Part shown: piece after piece, positions 41,515-52,089 of the stretch
Position numbering within the stretch: position 1 is the stretch's first letter
How the letters are laid out: every line of letters starts with the position of its first letter
From: Limnothrix sp. BL-A-16
GTDB taxonomy: Bacteria > Cyanobacteriota > Cyanobacteriia > CACIAM-69d
DNA length: 64,000 nt
NCBI GenBank assembly: GCA_041937175.2
Contig: CP166615.1
Span: 1,984,001 to 2,048,000, forward strand
Direction of reading: 5' to 3'
The notes under the pieces: generated by a model
Told to the model about the DNA's origin: nothing
Seen by the model: the letters and a program-made list of their open reading frames with translations, nothing else
Database searches by the model: none
Translations under genes and position numbers: made by a program

Positions 41515-42204
41515 TTAAAACTGATAGCGATCCTGCTCAATCCAAAGGCTGTGGGCCACGGCCTGCCCATCAGCACCCACGCGAATTTCCACCACAAACG
41601 GTAAGGGGCGATTGGTGCGGGGACGCGCCCAGTTCATGCGGTTCACGCCATTGATTTGGTCATTAATTTGCTCCCGTTTGGATTCGTCCATGTAATAGGT
41701 TTCCAGGTTGTAACGGGGCATGGCGGCTATGACTTCACCCCGCAGGGCCACTTGGTTGACGGGCAGTTGGGCCGGGCGATCGGGACGAATGGCCACCGGT
41801 TGCCAGGGCTTGGGCCGATCGGGCGGTTGATTGGGGTCTTCGGTGGCGCTGTTGGTCGGCTGTTGCAGGATCAGGTAAAACTCCCGCCGTTCATAGGGCA
41901 ATTGCGGTTTTTGTTTTTGATCCCGATCGGTGGCGATGGTTTTCCAGCCGGGCAGCTTTTCCAAAACACTCACCTGGTTGATGTCGTAGCTGAGGGTTTG
42001 GGAATAGCCCCGCATCCAGTCGTAGGGATCCACCGGGCGGGTTTGCAACACCACAGCCCGCCCCCAGTAGTAGGTCATGGCCGCTTGGGCCGGAATTCCG
42101 ATCGCCAGGCCCAGTTGCAACAACATCGGAATCCAAAATCGCCAGCCGGCGGCCCTCGATGGGGAACTCTCTGGGTCGATCGGGGAAATCAAGTCTTGGG
42201 TCAT
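41515..42204 (-). CDS. GDYXXLXY domain membrane-anchored protein
   Basis: PVDPYDWMRGYSQTLSY; paired with the DUF2157 gene. Confidence 0.85.
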   Translation of the reverse strand: MTQDLISPIDPESSPSRAAGWRFWIPMLLQLGLAIGIPAQAAMTYYWGRAVVLQTRPVDPYDWMRGYSQTLSYDINQVSVLEKLPGWKTIATDRDQKQKPQLPYERREFYLILQQPTNSATEDPNQPPDRPKPWQPVAIRPDRPAQLPVNQVALRGEVIAAMPRYNLETYYMDESKREQINDQINGVNRMNWARPRTNRPLPFVVEIRVGADGQAVAHSLWIEQDRYQF

Positions 42205-42326
42205 GGTTCAGGCTTCCAAAATAAATGACAGGGAATTGCAGGGAATTAACGGGAACGGGGTTGTGATGAGCGCTGATCCGGCGGGTCGATCGGGATGAAT
42301 CACCAGCGATCGCAAGTCCCGATCGC

Positions 42327-43814
42327 TCACGATCGCGCTGTGGGGGAAGAATTCGACCCATTCAGCGTTTGCACCGATCGCTCAAACCACAGACCCGCCG
42401 CAATTACCCCAACACCACAGAGCACAAACACCAGCGCCTTCAGCAGCAAATCCGTGTTGTACTCCAGCATCCGCGTCCAAATATCCAGCACCAACAGCAA
42501 CAGCCCGCTCCAAAAGGCCAAGCGCCGGCCGTCCGATAACCCCTCGCGCACCAGACCTATGCCCAACAGGAACAGGCACACATTGGCCAGCAAGGTTCCC
42601 CAACTGGGCAAAGCCGCCACGTTGTAGTGCCAACCCAAAGTCAACCCCAACGACAACACCAGGGCCCAAAGCACCGCATCGGTGAGCCATTGATCGGCCC
42701 CCATGGCCCCACCGCGACCCCGCCGCGACCACATCAGCACCGCCGCCACCGCCGCCACGGCCACATCCACCGCCAGCCAAGGAACAAATTGCGCTGGGTC
42801 ATAGAGATTGCCATCGGTGCTGGAACCGCTTTGGCGACCGGAACCGTCCCAGAAAAACCAGAAGCTGGTGAAGTAAAACGTGCCCATCAGCCACAGAATG
42901 GTCAAATTTTGGGTGATGTTTTGAAAGTTCAGTGGCCTGGGGTCGATCGCCCCGCCGGGCACCAGCCAGTGGCGCAAAGTCCGAGGCAGCGGCAACCGCA
43001 ACCACCAGCGTTGCACGGCTGGCCAAAGCTGATCGCGATATCCCCAACCCAGGGCAAAGGGCAGCGCCAAAGATAACAGGCTGGCAACCCAAGGGTGCAT
43101 CAGGCTCCACCAGAAGTTGGTTTGCAAGCTTCCCAGCGTGAGCAACCAAGCCAAACCAAACAAAAAGCGCGATCGCGTCACATGGGCCAGGGGCAAAAAA
43201 GCCAGGGCACTCACCAAGGGCATATGCTCCGCCAACGCTCGCTGCCAACTGGGTTCCGGCTCCCACCAGTCATAGAGACCCGACCAATAGCCCACGATCG
43301 TCAAAATCAGCGCCAACAACCCCAGGGGCATCAGCCGCAGCCCGATCGCCATGGTCAACACACCGCCGCCCCAAATGAAGTAGAGGCTAGACAAGGGGCC
43401 GCCCTGGTGAAACATCTGGGCCGTTAGGGCCAAATTCGCCCCCAACAGCAATCCACCCAACAACAACAGGGCCTGGCCCAAGCGACGTTGCCCAACCAAA
43501 CGGGGCGTGGGCGATCGCCACAAATAAAAGCCCAAAGCTTGAACACCAACCAGGGCACTCAACAACACCCCCACCCGAAATGCCCGGGGCCATTGCTGCC
43601 AGTTGGCGGCCACGAAGGTGATCACCCCCAACCCCAACAACACCCCTCCCAAGCACAGCAGGATGGTTACGAAGCGGTTGCGGGCCCCCTGATCGAGGGT
43701 TCGGAACTGATAGCGATCGGCTAGGCGATCAAACTGTTCCGGTTGCAGCAGGCCATCGGTCACCCACTGGCGAGCCTCCTGGCGCAACTGATAACGAAAG
43801 CGCTCGGTAATCAC
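42327..43814 (-). CDS. DUF2157 domain membrane protein
   Basis: GVITFVAANW, GANLALTAQMFH, EYNTDLLLK. Confidence 0.85.
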   Translation of the reverse strand: MITERFRYQLRQEARQWVTDGLLQPEQFDRLADRYQFRTLDQGARNRFVTILLCLGGVLLGLGVITFVAANWQQWPRAFRVGVLLSALVGVQALGFYLWRSPTPRLVGQRRLGQALLLLGGLLLGANLALTAQMFHQGGPLSSLYFIWGGGVLTMAIGLRLMPLGLLALILTIVGYWSGLYDWWEPEPSWQRALAEHMPLVSALAFLPLAHVTRSRFLFGLAWLLTLGSLQTNFWWSLMHPWVASLLSLALPFALGWGYRDQLWPAVQRWWLRLPLPRTLRHWLVPGGAIDPRPLNFQNITQNLTILWLMGTFYFTSFWFFWDGSGRQSGSSTDGNLYDPAQFVPWLAVDVAVAAVAAVLMWSRRGRGGAMGADQWLTDAVLWALVLSLGLTLGWHYNVAALPSWGTLLANVCLFLLGIGLVREGLSDGRRLAFWSGLLLLVLDIWTRMLEYNTDLLLKALVFVLCGVGVIAAGLWFERSVQTLNGSNSSPTARS

Positions 43815-44263
43815 GCGGTCAATCCTCCCCTAATTGCGGGCCAACGCGATCGACAGTCTCCCGACCTGTCCGAAGGGCATGATTCAACAACCATGACCGG
43901 GGACAGTGGGACAATTCTTAGCAACAAACGGTTCAGGAAACTTAGGGTTTAAGGGCTGGCAATCCCCGATGGGTCAATGTTCCCAGCCCGATCGCCCCGA
44001 TGGCATCCAATCTGGCATTTCTCGGGCCGATCGATCCATCCCCTGTGCCACCTGCCCCACGGGCCGACTTCAGTTCCAGTCCCAAATCCGTTGAGGGGCG
44101 ATCGGGAAGCTGCATTGATCAAGTTCGGTAAACACGAAACATTTTTAAAGTCAATTGATTGTAAATATTTTTTACGAAGTGTTATAGTTGTTAACAACAA
44201 AGCCACCAAGCCTTAACCGCTTGTTGCTTCGTCCCCCTCCCTCCACCTTAAGGACTGTTTGTT

Positions 44264-44506
44264 ATGAAGACCGATCTAGACTTCTCCAATCCTTACCTGC
44301 TTGACTCCGTAGTCTTCCGCCCCGACTTCAACTCAACGGGCGAAGCCATCAACCTCAATCAAGCCTGGTCTCTGTTTTTTACAGCGGGGCGCGAAGATAA
44401 GGCCCTGGGTTTCAATGCCGAAACCGGACGCTTTTTCACCAATATTCTCTTCGCCCTGGCGGCCGCAGGGGCCCTGTGGGGTCTACTCTTTAGCAGCACC
44501 CTCTAA
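44264..44506 (+). CDS. Small hypothetical membrane protein (80 aa)
   Basis: AAGGA ribosome-binding site, clean ORF, C-terminal TM segment. Confidence 0.7.
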   Translation: MKTDLDFSNPYLLDSVVFRPDFNSTGEAINLNQAWSLFFTAGREDKALGFNAETGRFFTNILFALAAAGALWGLLFSSTL

Positions 44507-44636
44507 GAGGATGTCTGAAAAGCCAAAATCGATACTCTGCACGCCTCATCGATCGACGAAGACAAGGGGCTTAAGCCCCTTGCCCCGCGACTATTGGTGC
44601 TCTTCAAGTGCCTCAAGATACTTTTCAGACAGCCTC
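44507..44636. mobile_element. MITE-like element, family A (130 bp)
   Basis: TAA|GAGGATGTCTGAAAAG...CTTTTCAGACAGCCTC|TAA; the left TAA is the stop codon of the upstream gene. Confidence 0.85.
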
Positions 44637-44712
44637 TAAGTGATGGCTGCTGAGCTTTTCCCGCCTCGAATCCCCAGCAGTTAACCTGCAATGAGAATCG
44701 TTAAAACCGACA

Positions 44713-44741
44713 AGAGCCGGGCCACAGTGTGGCCCGGCTCT
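44713..44741. terminator. Perfect GC-rich inverted repeat between convergent genes
   Basis: AGAGCCGGGCCACA-G-TGTGGCCCGGCTCT. Confidence 0.65.
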
Positions 44742-44794
44742 AAATCTATGGAGAGCATCCTGCTGAGAGCGTGATTTGGCTCAGGAGTTGCCCC

Positions 44795-46384
44795 CTAGGG
44801 TTCCAGGGCGATCGCCGGAGCTGCCAACGGTTTTGCGCCCGGCATCAGCCCGATCGGCCGTGACTCTCGGCTCACCAGAGTCGGAACCGCATCCCGCAGC
44901 CGCGCCGTGAGTTGCACCGTCGTTGAGTCATAGATCTGAGTCAACAGCTTGGGATAGAAGCCAATGCCAATGATCGGAATTAGCAGGCAGGCGATGATGA
45001 ATACCTCACGCGGTTCCGCATCGATCAGCACCTCGTGGGACACCAATTCCTGGTTTTCCGGGCCGTAGAAGATTTCCCGCAGCATCGACAGCAGGTAAAC
45101 CGGCGTGAGAATTACCCCCACCGCCGCCAGGAAGACCACGATCACCTTAAAGGGCAGCGAATAGGCATCACTGTTGGCAAAACCCAGGAACACCGTTAGT
45201 TCTGCCACAAAGCCGCTCATCCCCGGCAAAGCCAGCGAGGCCAACGAGCAAGCCGTGAACATCGAGAAGATCTTGGGCATCTTTTGGCCCACGCCGCCCA
45301 TTTCGTCCAGCATCAGGGTGTGGGTGCGATCGTACGTGGCCCCCACCAGGAAAAACAGGCTCGCCCCAATCAGCCCGTGGGACACCATCTGCATCATCGC
45401 GCCGCTGATGCCCAAGTCCGTAAAGGAACCCAGACCGATCAGCACAAAGCCCATGTGGGAAATCGAGGAATAGGCGATTTTGCGCTTCAGGTTCCGTTGG
45501 GCAAAGGAGGTGAGCGCCGCATAGACAATGTTCACCACCCCCAAAATCACCAATACGGGCGCAAAGGTAGCATGGGCTTCCGGCAACATTCCGGCATTCA
45601 TCCGCACCAGGGCATAGCCACCCATTTTCAGCAGGATGCCCGCCAGCAGCATGTGAACTGGAGCCGTAGCCTCCCCGTGGGCATCGGGCAACCAGGTATG
45701 GAGGGGGAAAATCGGCAGTTTGACAGCGTAGGCAATCAAAAATCCGCCGTAGAGCAACAGTTGCAGTGTGTGGCCATAGGGTTTGAGGGCCAACTCGCGC
45801 ATATCAAAGGTGACCGTATCGCCGTAGAAGGCCATGGCCAGGGCGGCAACCAAGATAAATAGGGAGCCACCGGCGGTGTAAAGGATGAATTTGGTGGCGG
45901 CGTAGAGGCGTTTTTTGCCACCCCAAATCGATAGCAGCAGGTACACCGGAATCAGTTCCAGTTCCCACACCAGGAAGAACAGGAGCAAGTCCTGAACGGC
46001 AAAGACGGCGATTTGACCGCCATACATGGCCAGCAGCAGGAAGTAGAACAGTTTGGGCTTGAGGGTGACGGGCCAGGAGGCCAAGATGGCCAAGGTGGTG
46101 ATGAAGCCCGTCAGCAGGATCAGGGGCATGGAAAGGCCGTCTGCGCCCACTGACCATTTCAGGCCGAGTTCGGGAACCCAGGTGTAGCTTTCCACCAGTT
46201 GCAGTTCGGGGTTGCCGAAGTCGTACTGGGTACAAAAGGCATACACCAACAGGATGAAGTCAATGAGTCCTACTCCCAACGAAAACCAGCGTACGGTTTT
46301 GCCGTCTTTGTCGGGCAACAGGGGCACGATCAGGGCGGCGACGATGGGGAGGAGAATGGAGGTCGTCAGCCAGGGAAAGTTCAT
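44795..46384 (-). CDS. ndhD1: NDH-1 subunit 4 (NdhD1 type)
   Basis: [49 protein letters not shown]. Confidence 0.92.
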   Translation of the reverse strand: MNFPWLTTSILLPIVAALIVPLLPDKDGKTVRWFSLGVGLIDFILLVYAFCTQYDFGNPELQLVESYTWVPELGLKWSVGADGLSMPLILLTGFITTLAILASWPVTLKPKLFYFLLLAMYGGQIAVFAVQDLLLFFLVWELELIPVYLLLSIWGGKKRLYAATKFILYTAGGSLFILVAALAMAFYGDTVTFDMRELALKPYGHTLQLLLYGGFLIAYAVKLPIFPLHTWLPDAHGEATAPVHMLLAGILLKMGGYALVRMNAGMLPEAHATFAPVLVILGVVNIVYAALTSFAQRNLKRKIAYSSISHMGFVLIGLGSFTDLGISGAMMQMVSHGLIGASLFFLVGATYDRTHTLMLDEMGGVGQKMPKIFSMFTACSLASLALPGMSGFVAELTVFLGFANSDAYSLPFKVIVVFLAAVGVILTPVYLLSMLREIFYGPENQELVSHEVLIDAEPREVFIIACLLIPIIGIGFYPKLLTQIYDSTTVQLTARLRDAVPTLVSRESRPIGLMPGAKPLAAPAIALEP

Positions 46385-46692
46385 AGGAAGTCTTGCGTCG
46401 CTAGGCGCGATCGCGACTTAGCAAAGCGTTAGTGGGTGCGTTACTCAAAGCGTTGAGTGGTGATGGTTTTAGCCATCTCTGCTGACAGTGTAAGCAATGG
46501 GATCGATCCCGTGGCGATCGCTTAATACTTTGGTTACAAAGCACTTTGAACTCTTTAAAGTTCCGTTGCAGTTTGTGGCTATTTCCTAATTTTTTGCTAT
46601 GCAGCTTTTGGCAGGAATTCCCCTTGCGGGCGCGATCGCCTTTGGAACTCATTAATTCTTAAGAATTGATCAAGATTAACGTTTGTCGATTA

Positions 46693-46835
46693 AGACCTGT
46701 TGTCATTTCCTGGGATCCAGTGGAAACAGTTGATCTTCCATGCCCTAACCACCCTAGACAAGGGGCTTAAGCCCCTTGTCCCCTACGATCCGCTAACGGT
46801 AGATCTAGGGTTTTGGGCTAAATGACGACACCCCC
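46693..46835. mobile_element. MITE-like element, family B (143 bp)
   Basis: TA|AGACCTGTTGTCATTT...AAATGACGACACCCCC|TA; perfect palindrome at 46758-46779. Confidence 0.75.
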
Positions 46836-46999
46836 TACCCCCTGTCACTTAACCCTTGGTTGCTTCCTTCCCCTAGGCATTGTCGTAATCTGGAATTCTT
46901 GATCTTTAGATTGTTGAGATCTGAAGAATCGTGGGAATTGATGGGGATCCTGAAAAACGCCGAACTGGCGAGCCGCTGTGACCGATCGCCCCCCATGCC

Positions 47000-47443
47000 C
47001 TAGCGATCGGGGCGGGTGGGGGGCCGGCAGTTGGGATTGGGCAACAGAGCATCCCAAGTTTCGGCGGTCACTTCGCCGCTGGGATCCAGTTTTTGGGTTT
47101 CCTGAAAAAGACGAACAGCGTTGGCCAAGGCGGTGTCGTAGGTTCCGTCCGTGGGGCCTTGATAAAACCCCAGGAGCGCCAAAATGCCCTGAAGTCGGCG
47201 CACATCACTGCCACTGTCACCGGGGCCCAAGTTGGGCAAGGGTTCCCGCCGCGGCGGGCAGTTGGCCCAAGCGGGCCCCATGCCCAGGCTGAAACTGATA
47301 CCTAGGCCGATCGCGCCCAGGCTCAAGAGCATTCCCAGCCGGGTTAAGGCAATCACTTTTCGGGCCGATGCAGGATTTGGAGCCATGGCCAGCCTAGGGC
47401 AGTTGAAATGTTCGAGAATGGAAAGGAGGCGGTTCCAAGCCAT
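47000..47443 (-). CDS. Peptidoglycan-binding domain protein (PG_binding_1)
   Basis: LGPGDSGSDVRRLQ...AVRLFQ...GEVTAETW, signal peptide; start uncertain. Confidence 0.85.
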   Translation of the reverse strand: MAWNRLLSILEHFNCPRLAMAPNPASARKVIALTRLGMLLSLGAIGLGISFSLGMGPAWANCPPRREPLPNLGPGDSGSDVRRLQGILALLGFYQGPTDGTYDTALANAVRLFQETQKLDPSGEVTAETWDALLPNPNCRPPTRPDR

Positions 47444-47605
47444 AGGGCTAATTAACGGTTAGGCAATGGTTCAAGAACGAATTCTCAGCCGCACAGCGGA
47501 GAATCAAGGGTCAAGCTTGGACGGTTTTTTGCCATCCATCTTGAATTGGAGATCCCTTAGATTAGAGATTCGCTTGTCGCGCGATCGCGCTGGATTTGGC
47601 AAATC

Positions 47606-48484
47606 ATGAGTTGTGGCGATTGGCCCGTCAGTTTACACAGTCGATTTGAAGGGGCCCTCGTGGGAGGGTTGGTGGCTCTGCACCAGCTCGATCGAACCTG
47701 GGAGCGCGATCGGCGCAATTTGGACGCAGCTTTGCAAGGAACCCTCCAATTGTCAGAGATCGTTGGCGCACAGGCGGGCCCGGATCCGGGGCTGTTGGCT
47801 TTGGCCTCACTGGAGCCGCTGATGGCGGGGCCGGGCGATCAGTTGGGTTTGGCCCTGTTGCCGTTGCTGTTGCGCTGGTTCGATCGCCCCTTGGTGTTGC
47901 GCCAACTGTGGACTCAGGCGATGGATCAGCCTTTGCCCGAAGCGGTGATTTTGGGGGCGGAGGTGTTGGCTTGGGTGTTGGTGCATCCCAATGCTGCCAC
48001 CCTGGAATTCTCCCAGGGAAATCGGGACGCAACCGGGTTCCATCCTGCCGCCCATGCAGTCTCTCTTTCCCATCCCCTCTGGCCGTCGGTGGCCAACATT
48101 CTCAGCGATTGGCAGACGTTGGATCGATCGACCCTGGATTGGCCCCAGCGGTTGCGGGCGGCCACGCCGGAAACCTTGCCCATTTTGGTGGCGCTCCACA
48201 GCCTGCGATCGAGCGGTGGCCGCTGGGCCAGCAGCTTAGCCCGCAGCCAACAGCAATCGGCCAGCGCAGTTCTGTGGGCAGGGGTGTTGGTGGGTGCGGT
48301 GGGGGGCTGTGCGGCCATTCCGGCCGATGTGGGAGCGATTGTGCCCGATCGGCTGCTGACCCGCGCGATTCAGGGAGCGCAGATGTTGATCGATCGCTGG
48401 TCGGGTCGCTTGCCCCAATATCCCCTAACCGATTCGATCGCGGAGGGCGATCGCCTGATTACCCATTTCAGGGTTGGCCGCTGA
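47606..48484 (+). CDS. Divergent ADP-ribosylglycohydrolase-like protein
   Basis: SRFEGALVG N-terminus and AGVLVGAVGG..AIP C-terminal motif. Confidence 0.5.
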   Translation: MSCGDWPVSLHSRFEGALVGGLVALHQLDRTWERDRRNLDAALQGTLQLSEIVGAQAGPDPGLLALASLEPLMAGPGDQLGLALLPLLLRWFDRPLVLRQLWTQAMDQPLPEAVILGAEVLAWVLVHPNAATLEFSQGNRDATGFHPAAHAVSLSHPLWPSVANILSDWQTLDRSTLDWPQRLRAATPETLPILVALHSLRSSGGRWASSLARSQQQSASAVLWAGVLVGAVGGCAAIPADVGAIVPDRLLTRAIQGAQMLIDRWSGRLPQYPLTDSIAEGDRLITHFRVGR

Positions 48485-48902
48485 GCAATTGCGCCCCGCA
48501 AAATCCGCCACTGGGGACGATTCAGCCAAAATTACCGATAAAATGCCCTACGCTTCAATCAACTGAGATACTGCCAAGATGCTACCCAGATCCAGCCATG
48601 GGGCGATCGGGTGGTGGCTGGCCCCATTGCAGAATGGGGCCGGTGTTAACCCATTGCGCAATCTTTGCGAGAGCGCTACGACTGTGAAAATTGTCCAGCA
48701 ACGGGTTGGCCAGAGTGATGAATGAATCCCATGGGATCATGGCCAGTTCAGCCAACCGGTTGAAGTACCGACAGAGTCCCTGCAAGATGAACATGGAGAC
48801 GAGGCCCTTTTGGGATGACCTCCGATGGTTCTTCAGAATGGCATTGTTCAGCCCATTCTTTGGGTCAAATCAATTGGGTGGAACTGATTATGGTGACTTG
48901 GA

Positions 48903-51900
48903 TTGCAATGGCTACTGGCGCAATCGGCGCAGGGTGTTAGGGGCAAAATGAGAGCCTCCCAGATGTTGACCCCCGCCAATCCGATGGGGCGTGATGGGCA
49001 ACAGGCTGCCCCATCCCACACCGACTCCGAAGCCAGTGCGCAGGAACCGCCACCTCGCCAGGGTTCCCAAGAAAATGCGGAGGATACGGTGGAGCCAGTG
49101 GGCGGCCGATCGCCTGAGCCATTTCGCGACCCGTCCCCCGGCCGATCGCCCTTGGGGCCCAATTCTCGCAGCGTTTCCCCGCCTGGTTCAGTACCGCCAT
49201 TGCCGCCATTGCACCCCAGCCCATCGGCCCGGCGTGGATTTGGGCAGCTTTGGCCCGAGCGACTTTGCTGGCTGAACCGTCGGCTGAGTCCGCTGGTTCA
49301 ACGAGTAACGATCAACGGAGGAGTTGGGGTGATTCGCGGCGCTTGCCATAGTCTCTGTTGCCAAACCATGGGCCAACCCTATGTCCGGCGGGCCCGATCG
49401 ATTCGCCAGCGGGTGCAAACCATCCTGCTAGGCATTTTAGGGGCGGTTATCCTGACGGCCACCATGAGCCAGCCCTGGTTAAATCAACCGCGCTATGGCA
49501 TTGGATCGATCGCCCCGCAAGATATCGTTGCGCCCTACGATGCCCAAGTGGTGGATCAAGTCACCACGCGCAGTCGTCGAGAGGCGGCCCGCAATGGCAT
49601 TGTGCCCGCCCTGAAAATAGACTCCGATGCCACCCAACAATTAACGGCGGAATTGCAACGTCGGCTGGAACGCAGTGATGAATTGCGCCAGGTGGCTGGC
49701 CAGTTCCCCTATTGGTCATCAGCGGATCTGGCGAGCGACCTGCAACAGATTGCGCGATCGCTCAATGAAGCGGACTGGCAACAGGTGCTCCAGGCCTTGG
49801 GGAAATCATCCCCTCGCCCAACCCCGCTCCCCACGGGGCGATCGGAGGACTTTAGCTCCTTCAAACCCTCCCTGGCCTCCGGCAAAGTTCTGCCTATTTC
49901 GGCGGAACACCCCCTGGTAGTTGCCCTCAAAACCTACCAAATTCAGGCCAGTGAAGCGGCACTGCGAAAAGTGATCAGCGCCATTGAAAAGGCCCGCGAA
50001 CGCTATGCCATGGCCCAGACCGTGATGCAAGACTTTGGGCAGCAGGACTACACAGTGGATCTGTTTATCCTGACCGATACCCAATGGCAGGCCACCCGGG
50101 CCAAAACCTTGGTGGCCCTGGAAAACTTGCTGGTGCAGGGCCTCGCGCCCGGTTTGCCGCCAGAACTCGTTGAACGGGCGGTGCAACTCCATGTGGCGTT
50201 GGTGGTTCCCCTGGAAGGTCGGGCCCTGGCTCAGCAGCTCCTGCTGGGTACGATCGACCGCCCCACCCTCACGGAAGACCCAGACCGCACCCGCCGTTTG
50301 GCCGAACAGGCGGCGGAGGATGTGCCCCTTTCGATCGTGTCGCGGCGGATGGGTGAAACCATTGTGCGTCAGGGTGAGCGCATTGATGCGGGCCAATTTG
50401 CCTTGCTCGATCGCTATGGTCTCAGCTCTCGGAATGTGAACTGGGGCGCGATTCTGCGGTTGTTCCTGTTGGTCTCGGGAGCGATCGTCGCCTTTTGGCA
50501 AATTGAGCGCCGAGTCTATCACCGACTGCGCCAGCGAGACTGCTTCCTGTTGCTACTGCTGGCCATCAGCACCCCCCTGTTGATCAGCATGGGAGCCGCC
50601 TGGCCTTGGGCCAGCCCCACCATCCTGGCTAATCTGTCTGCCATTGGCCTGCTTAGCGGCAGTTTCTACGGTTCCCTGGTGGGGATGTCCCTGGTGGGGC
50701 TGTTGGCGCTGCTGTTGCCCCCCGGTTTGGAGGTGAGTTGGGTTGATGCCTTGATCGTGGCGGCGGGGGGATTGGTGGCCGCTGCCTGGGCGGGGCGGGC
50801 CCGATCGCGCGAAGACTTGGCTCTGTTGGGCGGTGGCGTGGCGATCGCCCAAGGGGGGCTATACCTGGTCATGAACCTGATCAACAGCGCCGCCGCTGAG
50901 TTTGTCTGGCTGACGGTGCTTGGTTCAGCGGCCCTGTGCGGGTTTGCGGGGCTGATTTGGGTGATCATCGCCATTGGCCTCAGTCCCTACCTGGAACATC
51001 TGTTTGATTTGGTGACCCCGATTCGCCTGGCGGAGTTGGCGAATCCCAATCGCCCCTTGTTGAAACAACTGGCGGCGGAAGCGCCGGGCACGTTTCAGCA
51101 CACCCTGTTTGTGGCGAGTTTGGCGGAAGCGGCTGCCCGATCGCTCGGTTGCAATGTGGAACTGGTGCGGGCCGGCACGCTCTATCACGACATCGGCAAG
51201 CTCCATAAGCCTCAGGCCTTCATCGAAAACCAGATGGGCGGCCCCAACCTCCATGATGAGCTGGCCGACCCTTGGTTGAGCGCGGAAATTGTCCGCAAGC
51301 ATGTGAGCGAAGGCTTGGTGATGGCGCGACGGGCCCGGCTGCCCAAAGCCATCCAAGCTTTTATTCCGGAACACCAAGGCACGATGCTGATCGCCTATTT
51401 CTATTACCAAGCCAAGCAGCAACAGGAACAGCGAGAGCAGCGGGCCAAGGTGGCCAATTTCGGGTTAGAGCAAACTCCTGTGGAGCGATTGAATCGATGC
51501 GATCGTCTAGATCAAGCAGGTCAAGCCAATCAAGCCCATCAACCCGATCGCGCCACAACCGCCATCGAAACAACCCAACAGGACAAGGCCCCCCAAGGGC
51601 GATCGATTTACCAAGCTTGCGCTTTGGATCAGCGTCCGGTGCTGGAAAGCCATTTCCGGTATCCGGGCCCGATTCCCCAGTCGCGGGAAACAGGAATTGT
51701 CATGCTGGCGGATTCCTGCGAAGCGGCCCTGCGATCGCTGGAAAATGCCACCTATGAGGAAGCCTTGGCGTTGGTCAATCGGATGCTGCGGGCCCGCTGG
51801 CAAGACAATCAGCTCGTTTGCTCGGGCCTGAGCCGGGAAGACCTGCGGGTGATTGCGGAAGTGTTCGTTACGGTTTGGCAGCAGTTTAACCACAAACGAA

Positions 51901-51977
51901 TTGCCTATCCCAAGGCAGCGTTGAACGTGCCCGATCGGCCGGCGGCGGAACCGGCGGCCGGCTCCTGTGCCAAATAA
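48903..51977 (+). CDS. 7TM-HD phosphohydrolase (PgpH-like)
   Basis: EAPGTFQH, YHDIGK, EHQGT, MLADSCEA, about 7 TM segments; true start probably downstream, near 49368. Confidence 0.88.
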   Translation: MQWLLAQSAQGVRGKMRASQMLTPANPMGRDGQQAAPSHTDSEASAQEPPPRQGSQENAEDTVEPVGGRSPEPFRDPSPGRSPLGPNSRSVSPPGSVPPLPPLHPSPSARRGFGQLWPERLCWLNRRLSPLVQRVTINGGVGVIRGACHSLCCQTMGQPYVRRARSIRQRVQTILLGILGAVILTATMSQPWLNQPRYGIGSIAPQDIVAPYDAQVVDQVTTRSRREAARNGIVPALKIDSDATQQLTAELQRRLERSDELRQVAGQFPYWSSADLASDLQQIARSLNEADWQQVLQALGKSSPRPTPLPTGRSEDFSSFKPSLASGKVLPISAEHPLVVALKTYQIQASEAALRKVISAIEKARERYAMAQTVMQDFGQQDYTVDLFILTDTQWQATRAKTLVALENLLVQGLAPGLPPELVERAVQLHVALVVPLEGRALAQQLLLGTIDRPTLTEDPDRTRRLAEQAAEDVPLSIVSRRMGETIVRQGERIDAGQFALLDRYGLSSRNVNWGAILRLFLLVSGAIVAFWQIERRVYHRLRQRDCFLLLLLAISTPLLISMGAAWPWASPTILANLSAIGLLSGSFYGSLVGMSLVGLLALLLPPGLEVSWVDALIVAAGGLVAAAWAGRARSREDLALLGGGVAIAQGGLYLVMNLINSAAAEFVWLTVLGSAALCGFAGLIWVIIAIGLSPYLEHLFDLVTPIRLAELANPNRPLLKQLAAEAPGTFQHTLFVASLAEAAARSLGCNVELVRAGTLYHDIGKLHKPQAFIENQMGGPNLHDELADPWLSAEIVRKHVSEGLVMARRARLPKAIQAFIPEHQGTMLIAYFYYQAKQQQEQREQRAKVANFGLEQTPVERLNRCDRLDQAGQANQAHQPDRATTAIETTQQDKAPQGRSIYQACALDQRPVLESHFRYPGPIPQSRETGIVMLADSCEAALRSLENATYEEALALVNRMLRARWQDNQLVCSGLSREDLRVIAEVFVTVWQQFNHKRIAYPKAALNVPDRPAAEPAAGSCAK

Positions 51978-52089
51978 TGCCACTCCAAATCATGCGACCC
52001 AAAGCGCCTCATTGAACCAATGAACCACCCCAAGATCAATCGACGGAAGCAAGCACAAACACCCGGCAACGACCTGAATCCCCCTGGGG

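Noticed and set aside
44161..44175. NtcA site
   Set aside because: Spacing is GTA-N9-TAC, not GTA-N8-TAC
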